Below, in pieces: positions 1-9,950 of a DNA stretch of 64,000 nt. Under the pieces are notes generated by a model. It worked only from the letters and a program-made list of their open reading frames with translations. It was not told where the DNA came from and searched no databases. The position numbers and the translations under genes were made by a program. Each line of letters starts with the position of its first letter. Positions within the stretch are counted from its first letter, which is position 1. The stretch comes from a virus, in IMG/VR virus record IMGVR_UViG_3300024950_000032, positions 2,715 to 66,714 of that record; one strand, written 5' to 3'.

Positions 1-1765
1 CAGTGATGGCGGGCTTGAGCCGGCGCAACTTGGCGACCAAGCCGTTGTTGAAGGCCAACGTCTTCATGTCGTCCTGGTACTCGGTGATGCGATCACGCAA
101 CGTCTGCAGGCGGTTGTTGTATTCCTGCAGCGTGCGTTCCAGGTTCACGCGGCGCTGGATCAGGTCTGTCAGTTGGCTGCGGGTCTGCAGCAGATCGCGG
201 GAGTGGGTGGCATAGGCGTTGTAGGCCGCGTCAGCCTCGGCGCGCAACGGGGCGACGTCCACCTCGACCAGGGCTCCAAACTCGGTTTCCAGCACCGCCA
301 CGGCTGCGCGCTGGTCCCCGGCCGTGGCACGGAACGCCTGGGCGCGGCCCAGGGCCTCACCGGCTGCCCTATCGGCCGCCTCCAGTTCGGCCAGCCGGGT
401 GCGGTTGGCGTTGGATGAGCGCTCAGGGACCTCGGCCTTCCAGGTCGGGCGTGACGGGTAGACCGAGGTGTCGAGGTTCAGGTAGTCGAGCCCGACCTTC
501 ATCACCTTGGCATCGACCGACGCGGCCACAGCTGACACGGCGCGCATGTCGGCGAGTTCAGCCTGGTTGGCCTTCAGTGCAGCCGCCAGAGGGGTCTGAC
601 CAGCGACCACCTCGGCCAGCTTCACGTTGATACCGGCGTTGTGCTCAGCCACATGCTCATCGCTCTGGGCGGCGTGACCACAGGTAGGACACTTGCCGCT
701 GGTGATGAGCTGAGCGCGCAGGGTGGCGGCGCTGCCTTCCAGCTTGGCCACGTCAGCCTGGATGGATTCGCGGACCTTCGTCAGCCGCTCCACTTCAGCG
801 TCGAACCCCGACTTCGGACCTTCCCAGAAAACTCCGGGGTAGGTCAGGGCGGTGAACAGGCTGTAGGCCTCGAACGCCTTGGCCCGGCCCACCTCGTCGC
901 CTGCTGCAGCACGCAGAGCGTCCAGCTCAGCAGGGTCAGGCTTGGCGCCGGCTTCCTTCTCAGCGCTCTCGATGCGGCCCACAGTGGAAGCCAGTGCCGT
1001 GCGGGCGGCGTCGAGCTTGCGGCTCACGTTCAGTCGCAGGGCGTTGGCCGCGTCGGCGCTTTCGACCAAGGTGTTCTTCTCGCCCACCACGACCATGGAC
1101 GATTCCACAGCGAGTTCGAGATCCTTGATCTGAGTCTCGGCTGCCAGCACCCCAGCGTCGATGCTGGGGATCTCGCTGACGTCGGGCTTGCCTGCCTCCA
1201 GCGTCACCAGCTCGGCCTGAGCCGTCTCGATCTTGCTGCGCAGCGGAGCATCAGCGCCCAAGGTCAGCTCGTTGTTGGCTGTCTCAAGCAGGCGGTCCAC
1301 GGTGTCGAAGTCGGCCAGCTTGCTCATCAGGGCGCTGACGGCAGCGGGGCCTTCGTCCAGGGCACCGCGCAAGTCGTTCTGGCCGGCAAGCATCAGCACG
1401 GCTGCCGTCTTGGCGTCAGCGCCCAGCAGCTCGGTGGCGAAGTTGGAGACCTCGACCTGGCCGGTAACCAGCTTGTCGCCGTAGCTGCACTCAGCGCCAG
1501 ATTTGGAACGAGAGAAGGTGAAGTCGACACCCTTGATTTGGATGATCAGCTTGGAGCTGACGTCCTGCTCACGCTTGCCCCAGGTAGCCGTCTCGGCCAG
1601 GCTATTGCGCAGGGCCTTGCTACCGTAGAGGGCGTACAGAACACCCTCGATGATGGTGCTCTTGCCGGCTTCGTTGGAACCACGCAGAGCGTTCAGGCCA
1701 GGGGTGAGGTTGAGTACCAGGTCCTCGTGCTTGCGGAAGCACTTGAGGGTGAGCTGCTTGATCAT
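1..1765 (-). CDS. Rad50/SbcC-like (T4 gp46-like) SMC ATPase subunit of recombination nuclease, 3' end beyond window
   Basis: Read manually (absent from ORF track): MIKQLTLKCFRKHEDL...LRGSNEAGKSTIIE Walker A, long coiled coil, Zn-hook SGKCPTCG near 680-700; ATGA overlap with upstream gene. Confidence 0.9.
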   Translation of the reverse strand, partial: MIKQLTLKCFRKHEDLVLNLTPGLNALRGSNEAGKSTIIEGVLYALYGSKALRNSLAETATWGKREQDVSSKLIIQIKGVDFTFSRSKSGAECSYGDKLVTGQVEVSNFATELLGADAKTAAVLMLAGQNDLRGALDEGPAAVSALMSKLADFDTVDRLLETANNELTLGADAPLRSKIETAQAELVTLEAGKPDVSEIPSIDAGVLAAETQIKDLELAVESSMVVVGEKNTLVESADAANALRLNVSRKLDAARTALASTVGRIESAEKEAGAKPDPAELDALRAAAGDEVGRAKAFEAYSLFTALTYPGVFWEGPKSGFDAEVERLTKVRESIQADVAKLEGSAATLRAQLITSGKCPTCGHAAQSDEHVAEHNAGINVKLAEVVAGQTPLAAALKANQAELADMRAVSAVAASVDAKVMKVGLDYLNLDTSVYPSRPTWKAEVPERSSNANRTRLAELEAADRAAGEALGRAQAFRATAGDQRAAVAVLETEFGALVEVDVAPLRAEADAAYNAYATHSRDLLQTRSQLTDLIQRRVNLERTLQEYNNRLQTLRDRITEYQDDMKTLAFNNGLVAKLRRLKPAIT

Positions 1766-1986
1766 TTGGTGCCCCCCTTCAGAATGCGCAGTGTGGCAAC
1801 CACCTTGACAGGCATGAGCCTGATCACGTCGTTCTGTGTATCAATCACGCGCTGCATGCACAGGATCTGAAACTCCGACAGAGTGAGGACGCAGGCGACA
1901 GCTGTTGCTGCCCAGTTACCCAGCGACGTCATATAGGCAACCAGGGCAGTGGTGAGCACAAGGTTCAGGTACTTGATGTATTTCAT
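1762..1986 (-). CDS. small membrane protein
   Basis: 74 aa, hydrophobic N-half, coupled to both neighbours. Confidence 0.6.
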   Translation of the reverse strand: MKYIKYLNLVLTTALVAYMTSLGNWAATAVACVLTLSEFQILCMQRVIDTQNDVIRLMPVKVVATLRILKGGTK

Positions 1987-3080
1987 GAGCGCTTCTCCAG
2001 CAGTTTGTTGACGGCGACGATCTCGTCGTCATCCAGGTGTTTCTTGATGAACTCCATCACGTCGAAGGCCTTGGCCGCCTCGAAGGTGGCGGGGAGGTCC
2101 TCGGCTTGGACGATGCCCTCGATGCGCACCGCGTTGCTGATCACGAACGCGGAGGAGCTGTTGCGGAACTTGGCCAAGGTGTTGATCACCTCGCCAGCCT
2201 CGTTGGAGCTGGCGTCGCCCGTGACACGGATGAAGTGGGCTTCGGGGGCGTCGCCCAGGTCGCGCCAATCGACCTCGGTGTAGCCGCCATCGGTGCGGCT
2301 CCATACCACCTCAGGGTGAAGGGTGTAGCCCTCGCCGTCGAACTCCATGTCCTGGCGGATGTGGTGCATGGACTTGACGTCGTTGCCCAGGCAGTCGCTG
2401 ATCGAGGTCGGCCACTGGTTGCCCATGACGATCACCTCACCACCGGCGTCAGCGCGCATGCCGTGGGGGATGGCCCGACGAGCCTGGTGCTCATGTGCAA
2501 AGACCAGACGCACACCACGGTTGCACAGCTCCAGCGCCTGCTCCTCGCTCACGTTCAGGCTGTGGTCGGACTCCAGCGCGAAGTTGTTGTGGTAGTTGGC
2601 GTGCAGGATCAGGAGCATGCCCGACTTGAGCACCTCGCTGACCTCGGACAGCTTCAGGTTGAAGATGTCCTGGTTGGAGCAGTGAGCCAGCACGGCATGG
2701 CTTGGGGCGACGTCCCACTCGTCGATGCCGATGATGGTGACTCGGGAGAACTGACCCTTCAACACCTTGGCCAGCATCTGGAAGCTTGACACCTTGCTTC
2801 CCCGGGGAGACCAGTCGTGATTTCCGGCAACCAGGGTCAGGTGGCGCTCAGGGCCGGCAAGCAACCACTCAGAGAAGACGCTGTACGTCTCAAGCCAGTC
2901 GCGTGGTGAAATTTCAAAAGTGTCAAACAGGTCGCCGGCTATCAGGACATCCGGGTCAGCAGTGGCGAGGCGGTAACGTAGGCACTCGAAGCTCCAGGTG
3001 CGCATCGCTTCCTGAGAGTTTGGCGTGGTGCCGGCCTTGCGTTGAACCCCGATATGGAGGTCGTTCAGGATGGTTGTCAT
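1983..3080 (-). CDS. Mre11/SbcD-like (gp47-like) metallophosphoesterase nuclease subunit
   Basis: DLHIG, AGDLFD, VAGNHD, AHEH motifs; adjacent to Rad50-like gene. Confidence 0.9.
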   Translation of the reverse strand: MTTILNDLHIGVQRKAGTTPNSQEAMRTWSFECLRYRLATADPDVLIAGDLFDTFEISPRDWLETYSVFSEWLLAGPERHLTLVAGNHDWSPRGSKVSSFQMLAKVLKGQFSRVTIIGIDEWDVAPSHAVLAHCSNQDIFNLKLSEVSEVLKSGMLLILHANYHNNFALESDHSLNVSEEQALELCNRGVRLVFAHEHQARRAIPHGMRADAGGEVIVMGNQWPTSISDCLGNDVKSMHHIRQDMEFDGEGYTLHPEVVWSRTDGGYTEVDWRDLGDAPEAHFIRVTGDASSNEAGEVINTLAKFRNSSSAFVISNAVRIEGIVQAEDLPATFEAAKAFDVMEFIKKHLDDDEIVAVNKLLEKRS

Positions 3081-3091
3081 ACAAACCTTCT

Positions 3092-3119
3092 GTGAAAGAG
3101 GGCACCCAATAGGTGCCCT
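3092..3119 (-). terminator. hairpin / probable intrinsic terminator after ligase
   Basis: AGGGCACC-N5-GGTGCCCT stem followed by CTTTC on minus strand. Confidence 0.45.
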
Positions 3120-3143
3120 TTGTTCAATTATGTCATTTAAGGA

Positions 3144-4043
3144 TTACATGTCAATCGGATCGCGGAACCCCAGGAAGACGGGGAACCTCGGGGCCTCTTT
3201 GACACCGATGGCAAAACTCTTGTACTTGACCATCTTGCCAAGCACCTTGTGGTGGGTGTCCCAGATCGATTGACGCGTTGCGGCATCAAACCCCGTGCCG
3301 ATCTTGAACTCGATGCCCTCGGCCGTTTTGCACACCAGGGCGCCGAGCCTGCCCTTGCCGGTCTTGTTCTCGGCGTGGCTGCTGCGCTTCGTGTGCCCCA
3401 GTGCGTCGGTCGTGGCCTCGTTGCCGTTGAACATCTCTTCCTCGAAGCCGATCACCTCAGCCTCAGCGTCCTGGAACTGCTTGACCTTCAGCAGCGTGTT
3501 GGAGCGGGCGGTGGCGCGGCCGAACTTGTAGGCGCTGCCGGGGCCACTCAGCAGCCGCAGCATCAGGCCTTCGTAGCCCTCGTCCAGGAACATCGCCTCC
3601 AGGCTGTCGAGTTCGGCCTTAGAGCGCACCCCGACCTGGGCCACCTGCTGCACGTGGTCGGGCAGCGGGCGCTGGCTCAAGCGCTTCAGCCGGAGGTGGT
3701 ACTCATCGTCCGGGTGGCTGATGTGGTCGAACACGTGGAAGACGACCGGGGGGTCGCCGTCGATGCTCATCACCGCTGAGTACGTGGCGTGATAGACGTT
3801 CGAGGCATTGGCCGGGCCGCAGATCAGCTCACCGTCGAAGCCCTCGAACTCGGGGCGGCCGAAGCGGAGCTGAACGTGCTTATTGGGAATCGGCTTCAGC
3901 TTGCGGGAGAACACAGTTCCGTCGATGACGATGGCGCGGATGCCATCAAGCTTGCGAGAAGCCACAAGGCGGGTAGTGCCGTTGCCAAAGTCAACGTGCT
4001 CCCATTCAGCCTGAACGGCGAGCAGTGGTGAGAACTTACTCAT
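3144..4043 (-). CDS. ATP-dependent DNA ligase
   Basis: KLDGIR motif I, FDGEL, FHVFD, EGLMLR, LLKVK, KIGTGF, PRFPVF. Confidence 0.95.
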   Translation of the reverse strand: MSKFSPLLAVQAEWEHVDFGNGTTRLVASRKLDGIRAIVIDGTVFSRKLKPIPNKHVQLRFGRPEFEGFDGELICGPANASNVYHATYSAVMSIDGDPPVVFHVFDHISHPDDEYHLRLKRLSQRPLPDHVQQVAQVGVRSKAELDSLEAMFLDEGYEGLMLRLLSGPGSAYKFGRATARSNTLLKVKQFQDAEAEVIGFEEEMFNGNEATTDALGHTKRSSHAENKTGKGRLGALVCKTAEGIEFKIGTGFDAATRQSIWDTHHKVLGKMVKYKSFAIGVKEAPRFPVFLGFRDPIDM

Positions 4044-4492
4044 TTGAAAATTTCCTTGAGTGCTGCAGCAGCAGTGGGGTATGCGGCGAGCCCGGTCAGC
4101 AGGAAGCTGGGCGGGCAGACATCGAATGCGAACAAGTGGTCGGCGGTGAGGATCACCCAGTCTTTGAACGCGCTGCGGAATACCAGAACCACCGGCTCAA
4201 TGCCGGCGTAGTCGAACTTCTTGAGCATGCCGTACTGGCTGATCTTGGCCTTTGGTAGGCGGCGTTCCTGCGCCGTCTCCTTGACCTCCAGGTGGATGAC
4301 CCGCCTGGCTTGACTGGGAAGCCCTCTATCAGCCACCAGGTAGTCAGAGGGCTGCGCTGCCAGTGCCCCTCGGGCTGCCCTGGCGTCTGGGTAGCGGTGG
4401 TACGCAAAACCTATGTTTGCGTTCGACATTGCGTCGAGCCAGTCCTGAGCCTGTTTTTCAGCCCATTTGCCGGCATCGTGTTTCTTTGACAT
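4040..4492 (-). CDS. Holliday junction resolvase (PD-(D/E)xK, RecU/Hjc-like)
   Basis: GKWAE, PSDYLV, LEVKET, SQ pattern; between polymerase and ligase. Confidence 0.7.
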   Translation of the reverse strand: MSKKHDAGKWAEKQAQDWLDAMSNANIGFAYHRYPDARAARGALAAQPSDYLVADRGLPSQARRVIHLEVKETAQERRLPKAKISQYGMLKKFDYAGIEPVVLVFRSAFKDWVILTADHLFAFDVCPPSFLLTGLAAYPTAAAALKEIFK

Positions 4493-4570
4493 TGACTACC
4501 CTCTTCGGAGTTATGTGCCCACGGCCCTAGAGCCGTGGTCCTCTTGGTGTGACAGTATGTACCTAGTGAG

Positions 4571-7500
4571 TTAGGCGACCTCCTTCACCTTGAAGATGTC
4601 GTTCAATGCCTTCTTGATGTTCTCCTCGATAAACCAGTCGCCGCACTCGAACTGCTTGGCGAAGTTGGGGCCAATCGAGATCGAGCCCAGCACCGGCACC
4701 TTCATCGTCGAGTAGGGCTTGGCGATGCAGTCGTGCTTGATACGCAGGAACTCGACAGCATCGTCCTTGTGCACCGAGGTCACAAGTTCGTCGTGCACCG
4801 GCGCGATGAACCTGGCGTTGAACTTGAACAGTGCGTTGGAGAGCCACAGGCGGGTCATGCCCATCTTGGTCATCTCACCGGCAGAGCCCTGGATCTGGAA
4901 GTTCCAGGCCTGACGCGCCGCACGGTCAGCTGCACCGCGTTCGTCGCTCATCATGGCTTCACGGAGGTGACGGCGTGCACCCATGAACGTGGTCGTGTAG
5001 CCCAGGCGCTTGGCCTCGTCAGCGGCAGCCTCTGCGGCAACACCAACATCGGGGAACATCTTCTCGCGGGCCGTGAGGAACAGCTCGGCGTCCTCGAAGC
5101 GCATGATCAGCGTCTCGGCCAGCTTCGCGGCCTTGGCACCGTTCTGTGCACCGAAGTTCACGTTCTTGGAGTCCTTGCGGAGGTCGTCGGCCTTCTTGCC
5201 CACCGGGTTCTCCTTGCCCAGGTCACGCAGGATCAGGAACAGGCGGTACTCAGCCTCTTCACGTGTCAGGCCAGCGGCCAGAGCGCCGCCGTGCTCGGCC
5301 ATCATCGCGTTGACGAACTCGCTGCCCCACTTCAAGCGCATGGCACCCGCAGCGGTGATGCTGTGGATGTCCTTGAGGTTGTCGCCGACATAGCAAGCCA
5401 GCATGTTCTCGTCCTGCGATTTCTCGGCAGCCAGGCGCAGCTCCTGGCCCACGTAGTCGATGGAGGACACGACAGCGTCGCGGCAGTGCGGCAGGAAGTT
5501 GGCACGGAACTTGACGCCTTCACCCTTCTTCGGCAGCTGCTGCAGGTTGGGGTTGCTCATCGAGTAACGCCGAGTCACAGCGGCACACTGATTGGCGCTG
5601 GCGTGGATGCGACCGTCCTTCCAGTGCTTGGCATGCCAGTAGTTCTTGTAGAACAGGCTGCGGCGCGTCATCACCTTCTTCATCACGCCGATGGCCTTCA
5701 GGGCCGCCTTCGCATCGTCGCTGAGCAGCTCGGCATCGAAGGCCAAGGCCAGGTCAATGGCCGTGTCGTCGGTCTTTGCCTTGGCAAAGAGGATGTCCAA
5801 CTCAGTTTGCGTCAGCGTGATGTCGCTGGCACCAGAGCGACGCTTCTTGAACCGGCTCACGGCGTCGGCCAGCTCCGGGCGCTTAACGCGCTCGATCACC
5901 GTCACGTCGTTGATGCAGCGGATCGGCATCTTCATGTACTTGTAGAGCAACTCCTTCATCTGCTTGGGCGACGCCAGGTCCAGCTTCGGCTCACCCTTGA
6001 AGTAGTCCTTGACCATGGCGTTGATGCCGTTGACGTCGCCGGCATCGATCAGGCCGGCGAGCAGGCGACCACGCCCCGAGTGGTTGCCCAGCTCGTCGTC
6101 TTTGAACTCAGGTTCCTCCACCTGCTGGCGGATCAGCTTGGCCAGCTTGCTCGGCGTGCGCACCTGCGTGACCAGGTCGTTGGTCGTGAAGATGTTGTAG
6201 GCCAACTTGATGTTGGCCGGCGTCAGCTCGGTGATCACCGGGCAGACCGTGCCCTCGAAGCCGGCGTCCATCAGGTACTGACGCAGGACCGGCCACGCCT
6301 TGTCATAGGCCTCGTCATCGGCCTTCTCCATCTCGCGCATGGATTCCAAGCTGAACTCGGTGCCTTGCACGAACGCCAGCGCGGTCAGGTAGGCCGGATA
6401 GGTCTCGACCTCATGGAAAACCGTGTCGGTGTTCTCGATCTCCATCACCGCGACGAAGTGGTTGGCGACGGCGGCGGTGCAGATGCAGTCGTCAGCGCCG
6501 TAGGCCAGCACGTGGCGTGCGGTCAGCTGGTTCATCTTGAGCTGAACCTTGACCATCTCATCGCCGTCGATGTAGTCGATGATCTCTTGGCCGGGCACCT
6601 CTTCCATGATCTCGGGACCCTGGGTCAGCACCTCGTCACCGTAGTGGTCGATCTCGACGTGGCCAGGTTCGTAGGTGCCGGTGCCGCGCATGACGGTGCC
6701 GAACCTGCCGGTGGGCACTGCGACCTGGTCGAACCAGCTGCCGAGCAGCTTGCCCTGGCCGTCCCAGTCGGCACGCTTCAGGGTGCGCGTCGTCACCGCG
6801 TCGTAGGTAACCTGATCGTAGCCAAGCAGGGTCTTGCTCAGGTTCTTCAAGCCACGGCTGCGGTTCTCATCCACGTAGCTGCTGGCAATGGCCGTGTCGC
6901 GGACATTGCGCAGGAAACCGTGATAGAGCTGATCGTCGGCCCAGTCCTCACCCCAGGCGTTGTAGCAGACGGGGAGTTCAAAGCTGGCGTTATGCACCCA
7001 GGTGACTTTGGTCCTGGGCACCATGTCGACGAAGTCACGCACCTGATCCACGGTCAGGTTCTTGACGTCAGCCTCCTCGATGTTGTCGACCGGGAGGTAG
7101 ACGGTGTACTGCATGTTCGGCCCGAAGGTCATCTGCAGCGACGTCAGCTCGGAGCCAAAGACGTCCACCACCTTGTCCTCTTTGTCCTGGGCTTCCAGCC
7201 ACTCATCGGACTCGGGCGGGGTCGAGGTTTCGACGTCGAGCGTGACCTCGGGCGACTTCATGATGAGGTCGCGTGCCCACTCCAGCGCCGCAGCGTAGTT
7301 CGTCGGCGTGATGAGCTTGACGAGGCCGCCGTGCTTGCGCAGACGCTCGTCCTCGCACTGTGAGCGAGGCTTCACCATGCCCACGCGCCACTGCAGCGAG
7401 CGACGCACGGTGTTGATCTTCTCGACCCACAACCGGCCGCACTCGTAGCTGGTGTAGACCATCTCGGCGCCGTCGATGATGCGCTGCAGCTCCTTCAGCT

Positions 7501-8212
7501 CGCCGACATCCTCGCTGAGCTTGTGCAGCTGCTTCTTGAGGATCAGCTCCTCCATCATCTCCAAGCCGTCGTCACCGAAGGCCGCCTGCATCTTCAGCCA
7601 GGCGCCGTCGCCAAAGCCTTTGGCGCCGGGGATCTTGTCGGTGCCGTCACCCACCAGGGCGATGTAGACGGGGATCAGGCGATGGGCGAAGTCGCCGAGC
7701 GGGTTCTTGTCGAGCTGGCCGGAGCGGTAGTGGTGGATGTCGCCGCCCACCAGCTGGGCCAGGTCCTTGTCGCCAGACACAATCCAGCGTTCGCCCTTCA
7801 GGTACAGCGCCAGGTAGCCGATCACGTCGTCGGCCTCGACGCCGTTGTCCTGCCAGGCGCACTGTGCGCCGAGACCCAGGAACGCACTCAGCAGTTGCTC
7901 CTTACACAGGTTGAACTGCTCGTACTGCTGGGGCAGGCGGTCACGGCTGGCTTTGTATTCAGGGATCAGGTACTGGCGGCCCTGCTTCGAGTTCATGCCT
8001 TCCATTACGAAGATCATCTGGCGTGGCGTGATGCGCAGATCGTCCATGACACCGATCAGGTGGTTGACTGCGTTCTCGTAGCCGAAGCCCGCCGAATTGA
8101 CGAGGACGTCCTTGCCCTTGTCGTCCTGGTAGGTCTTGCCAAACTCCTTGTCCTTGCCGGCCAGGAGGCATGTCCAGACAACGCTGGAGAGGTCAATGAT
8201 TGCGCGCTTCAT
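4571..8212 (-). CDS. family A DNA polymerase with fused 5'-3' and 3'-5' exonuclease domains
   Basis: Start MKRAIID with AAGGA RBS; EADDVIG/SGDKDL/GDGTDKIPG (5' nuclease); LDVET, HNASFE, YGADD (3'-5' exo); DYVGQELR, KNVNFG, VHDE (motifs A, B, C). Confidence 0.95.
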   Translation of the reverse strand: MKRAIIDLSSVVWTCLLAGKDKEFGKTYQDDKGKDVLVNSAGFGYENAVNHLIGVMDDLRITPRQMIFVMEGMNSKQGRQYLIPEYKASRDRLPQQYEQFNLCKEQLLSAFLGLGAQCAWQDNGVEADDVIGYLALYLKGERWIVSGDKDLAQLVGGDIHHYRSGQLDKNPLGDFAHRLIPVYIALVGDGTDKIPGAKGFGDGAWLKMQAAFGDDGLEMMEELILKKQLHKLSEDVGELKELQRIIDGAEMVYTSYECGRLWVEKINTVRRSLQWRVGMVKPRSQCEDERLRKHGGLVKLITPTNYAAALEWARDLIMKSPEVTLDVETSTPPESDEWLEAQDKEDKVVDVFGSELTSLQMTFGPNMQYTVYLPVDNIEEADVKNLTVDQVRDFVDMVPRTKVTWVHNASFELPVCYNAWGEDWADDQLYHGFLRNVRDTAIASSYVDENRSRGLKNLSKTLLGYDQVTYDAVTTRTLKRADWDGQGKLLGSWFDQVAVPTGRFGTVMRGTGTYEPGHVEIDHYGDEVLTQGPEIMEEVPGQEIIDYIDGDEMVKVQLKMNQLTARHVLAYGADDCICTAAVANHFVAVMEIENTDTVFHEVETYPAYLTALAFVQGTEFSLESMREMEKADDEAYDKAWPVLRQYLMDAGFEGTVCPVITELTPANIKLAYNIFTTNDLVTQVRTPSKLAKLIRQQVEEPEFKDDELGNHSGRGRLLAGLIDAGDVNGINAMVKDYFKGEPKLDLASPKQMKELLYKYMKMPIRCINDVTVIERVKRPELADAVSRFKKRRSGASDITLTQTELDILFAKAKTDDTAIDLALAFDAELLSDDAKAALKAIGVMKKVMTRRSLFYKNYWHAKHWKDGRIHASANQCAAVTRRYSMSNPNLQQLPKKGEGVKFRANFLPHCRDAVVSSIDYVGQELRLAAEKSQDENMLACYVGDNLKDIHSITAAGAMRLKWGSEFVNAMMAEHGGALAAGLTREEAEYRLFLILRDLGKENPVGKKADDLRKDSKNVNFGAQNGAKAAKLAETLIMRFEDAELFLTAREKMFPDVGVAAEAAADEAKRLGYTTTFMGARRHLREAMMSDERGAADRAARQAWNFQIQGSAGEMTKMGMTRLWLSNALFKFNARFIAPVHDELVTSVHKDDAVEFLRIKHDCIAKPYSTMKVPVLGSISIGPNFAKQFECGDWFIEENIKKALNDIFKVKEVA

Positions 8213-8226
8213 ATCGGTCCTTGTGT

Positions 8227-8496
8227 TCAACGCCGACTCAGGCGTTCCATTGCTGCCGCACAGTCCGTGCAGCGGGTGTTCTTCATGGCAATCCGCAGGC
8301 GGGCCAGCGGTATCTCCTCGTCGCACTCGACGCACTCGGTGACGAGGTACTCACCCTTGGCGTTGGGTGTCTGCGCCTGCTTGCACGCCGCCTGGGTCTG
8401 CTCGATAGCCCTGCGGGTGAAGGCCATCTCGATGTCGGTAGCGAGATCGGAGACGTCGGCCGTCTTGTCTGGTTGCTCTTTGTTTGTATCTGTCAT
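8227..8496 (-). CDS. TraR/DksA-type C4 zinc finger protein
   Basis: ADVSDLA N-terminus, CVECDEEIPLARL...CTDC. Confidence 0.85.
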   Translation of the reverse strand: MTDTNKEQPDKTADVSDLATDIEMAFTRRAIEQTQAACKQAQTPNAKGEYLVTECVECDEEIPLARLRIAMKNTRCTDCAAAMERLSRR

Positions 8497-8969
8497 TTGG
8501 CGGCCTGATCTGCGATTTCTTGCGTGTCTGCGATGGTGAAGTGGCGAGGGGCATCGAGGTGTGCGTACTGCGCCTTGATCCTCTCCATCTTGCTCAGGAC
8601 GAACGCATAGGTGTCCGCTAGCCCAACGACGGGGGGGCGATCATCAATCAGCTTGCCGGCTGCCTTGGCGTCCAGCAGGATGGCGCAGCACGCCATGATG
8701 TTGGCAAGGTGGTGCGTCTCGTCGACATCGTCCAGCTCCTCCCCGCTCATGTACTTGTCCATGTGGCGCTGCATGGCCGACAGGTAGATGGAGCTGCGCA
8801 CACCGGCGCTACGCCAGTTCCAGGCACCGTACTTGACGAGGCCGGCGAACTGAGCCAGCGCCCAATGCGCCTTGGCAATGGGAGAGCAGAGCCAGAGCGG
8901 CACCCGCGTGACAGCGGCAGCGTCTTTGGGGTTTGTCGGCTTGGTAGCAGCGACCGGGTTCATCGACAT
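8493..8969 (-). CDS. dATP/dGTP diphosphohydrolase domain protein (DUF5664-like)
   Basis: NPKD, GLVKYGAWNWR, YLSAMQRH, GEELD-ET-HHLANIMAC. Confidence 0.85.
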   Translation of the reverse strand: MSMNPVAATKPTNPKDAAAVTRVPLWLCSPIAKAHWALAQFAGLVKYGAWNWRSAGVRSSIYLSAMQRHMDKYMSGEELDDVDETHHLANIMACCAILLDAKAAGKLIDDRPPVVGLADTYAFVLSKMERIKAQYAHLDAPRHFTIADTQEIADQAAK

Positions 8970-8972
8970 AGG

Positions 8973-9902
8973 TCAGTTCCTGAGTGCTTCATTGAGTTCA
9001 ATGAGTTGATGGACACCATCGGTTTTAGTCTCCTGAGACCGCGTGGCTTGGAGCGAACGGAGGTTCTTGATGGCCAGCTCACGGGCGGCGCTGTCGTAGA
9101 CGACACGGCGTGGCTTGACCAGCCAGACGGGTGCGCGACCGGGCTGGAAGTGCGGGTCAAGCAGGTTCTTGAGCGGCTGGGTCGGGAAGTTCTTGGAGCG
9201 CATGATCAGGTGCTCTGCGCGCTCCCAGTCGCTGGGGCCGGCGAGGTCCAAGGTGGTGTAGGGCACCAGGTCGAACAGCTCCGTGATCTTGGGCGACGCC
9301 CCGGCCGACGCCGCAGCCCCCAGGATGAGCGCAATCGCCGCAGCCTGGTCGGGGTAGAGCCCGGTGAGGTAGCGACGCAGGGCGCCGAGCTTGGCGTCGC
9401 GCACGACCGCCAGCGGCTTGCAGAGCCCCGCCAGCGCCGGCAGGAACTTCATGCGCCGGCGTATGACCTGGCGACCATTCAGCACCGCCGAGCGGGTGAC
9501 GCCGAACTCGTCGCGGCCCAGTCGCAGCTTGATGTAGCGCTGGGTGGTGTCAAGCTCTCCGAAGTGCATGGAGGCGATGACCAGGAACTGGATTTCGATC
9601 TCGTGCCCGAAGGGGACATGAGGCATCGCCAGCTTTGCTGCAGCCCTGAAGTCCTGGGCGCTGCCCTGGGCGACCATGTCCCACAGGTGGCGGAACTCAC
9701 CGACAGTGAAGCTGTCGCGGCGATAGGCCAGGGCAGGAAGCCCCTGCAGGGTCTGGCCGCGCCAGGTGATGTTGTCGACGAAGAGCGGGCATCCAGCGAT
9801 GCTGTCGTGCGGCTCGTAGGTGACGGTAATGGACCCCGCCGACTCAATCAGATCGCGCTGAGTGAGCAGGGCGAAGTCAGTGAATATGGTGGGTTGGGTC
9901 AT
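8973..9902 (-). CDS. hypothetical protein (309 aa)
   Basis: Long ORF co-oriented and tightly packed in the replication module. Confidence 0.7.
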   Translation of the reverse strand: MTQPTIFTDFALLTQRDLIESAGSITVTYEPHDSIAGCPLFVDNITWRGQTLQGLPALAYRRDSFTVGEFRHLWDMVAQGSAQDFRAAAKLAMPHVPFGHEIEIQFLVIASMHFGELDTTQRYIKLRLGRDEFGVTRSAVLNGRQVIRRRMKFLPALAGLCKPLAVVRDAKLGALRRYLTGLYPDQAAAIALILGAAASAGASPKITELFDLVPYTTLDLAGPSDWERAEHLIMRSKNFPTQPLKNLLDPHFQPGRAPVWLVKPRRVVYDSAARELAIKNLRSLQATRSQETKTDGVHQLIELNEALRN

Positions 9903-9907
9903 GTCGT

Positions 9908-9931
9908 AAAAACAGCCCCTGGTGGGGCTGT
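9908..9931 (-). terminator. intrinsic terminator
   Basis: ACAGCCCC-ACCA-GGGGCTGT followed by TTTT on minus strand. Confidence 0.65.
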
Positions 9932-9950
9932 CTCACAGATGAGCTACCGA

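Noticed and set aside
4733-7363. 876-aa plus-strand ORF and similar long antisense ORFs (641-1870, 10184-11818, 20218-21441, 21891-23990, 57134-58375, 60974-62296)
   Set aside because: Shadow frames of GC-rich genes; no RBS or motifs, and they lie opposite well-supported genes
4571-8212. Intein or intron in the polymerase
   Set aside because: Insertions lack C/S...HN splice motifs and LAGLIDADG motifs, and the frame is continuous
8493-8969. Z-genome (2-aminoadenine) pathway
   Set aside because: No PurZ or DatZ-like gene in the window; this hydrolase family alone is not diagnostic
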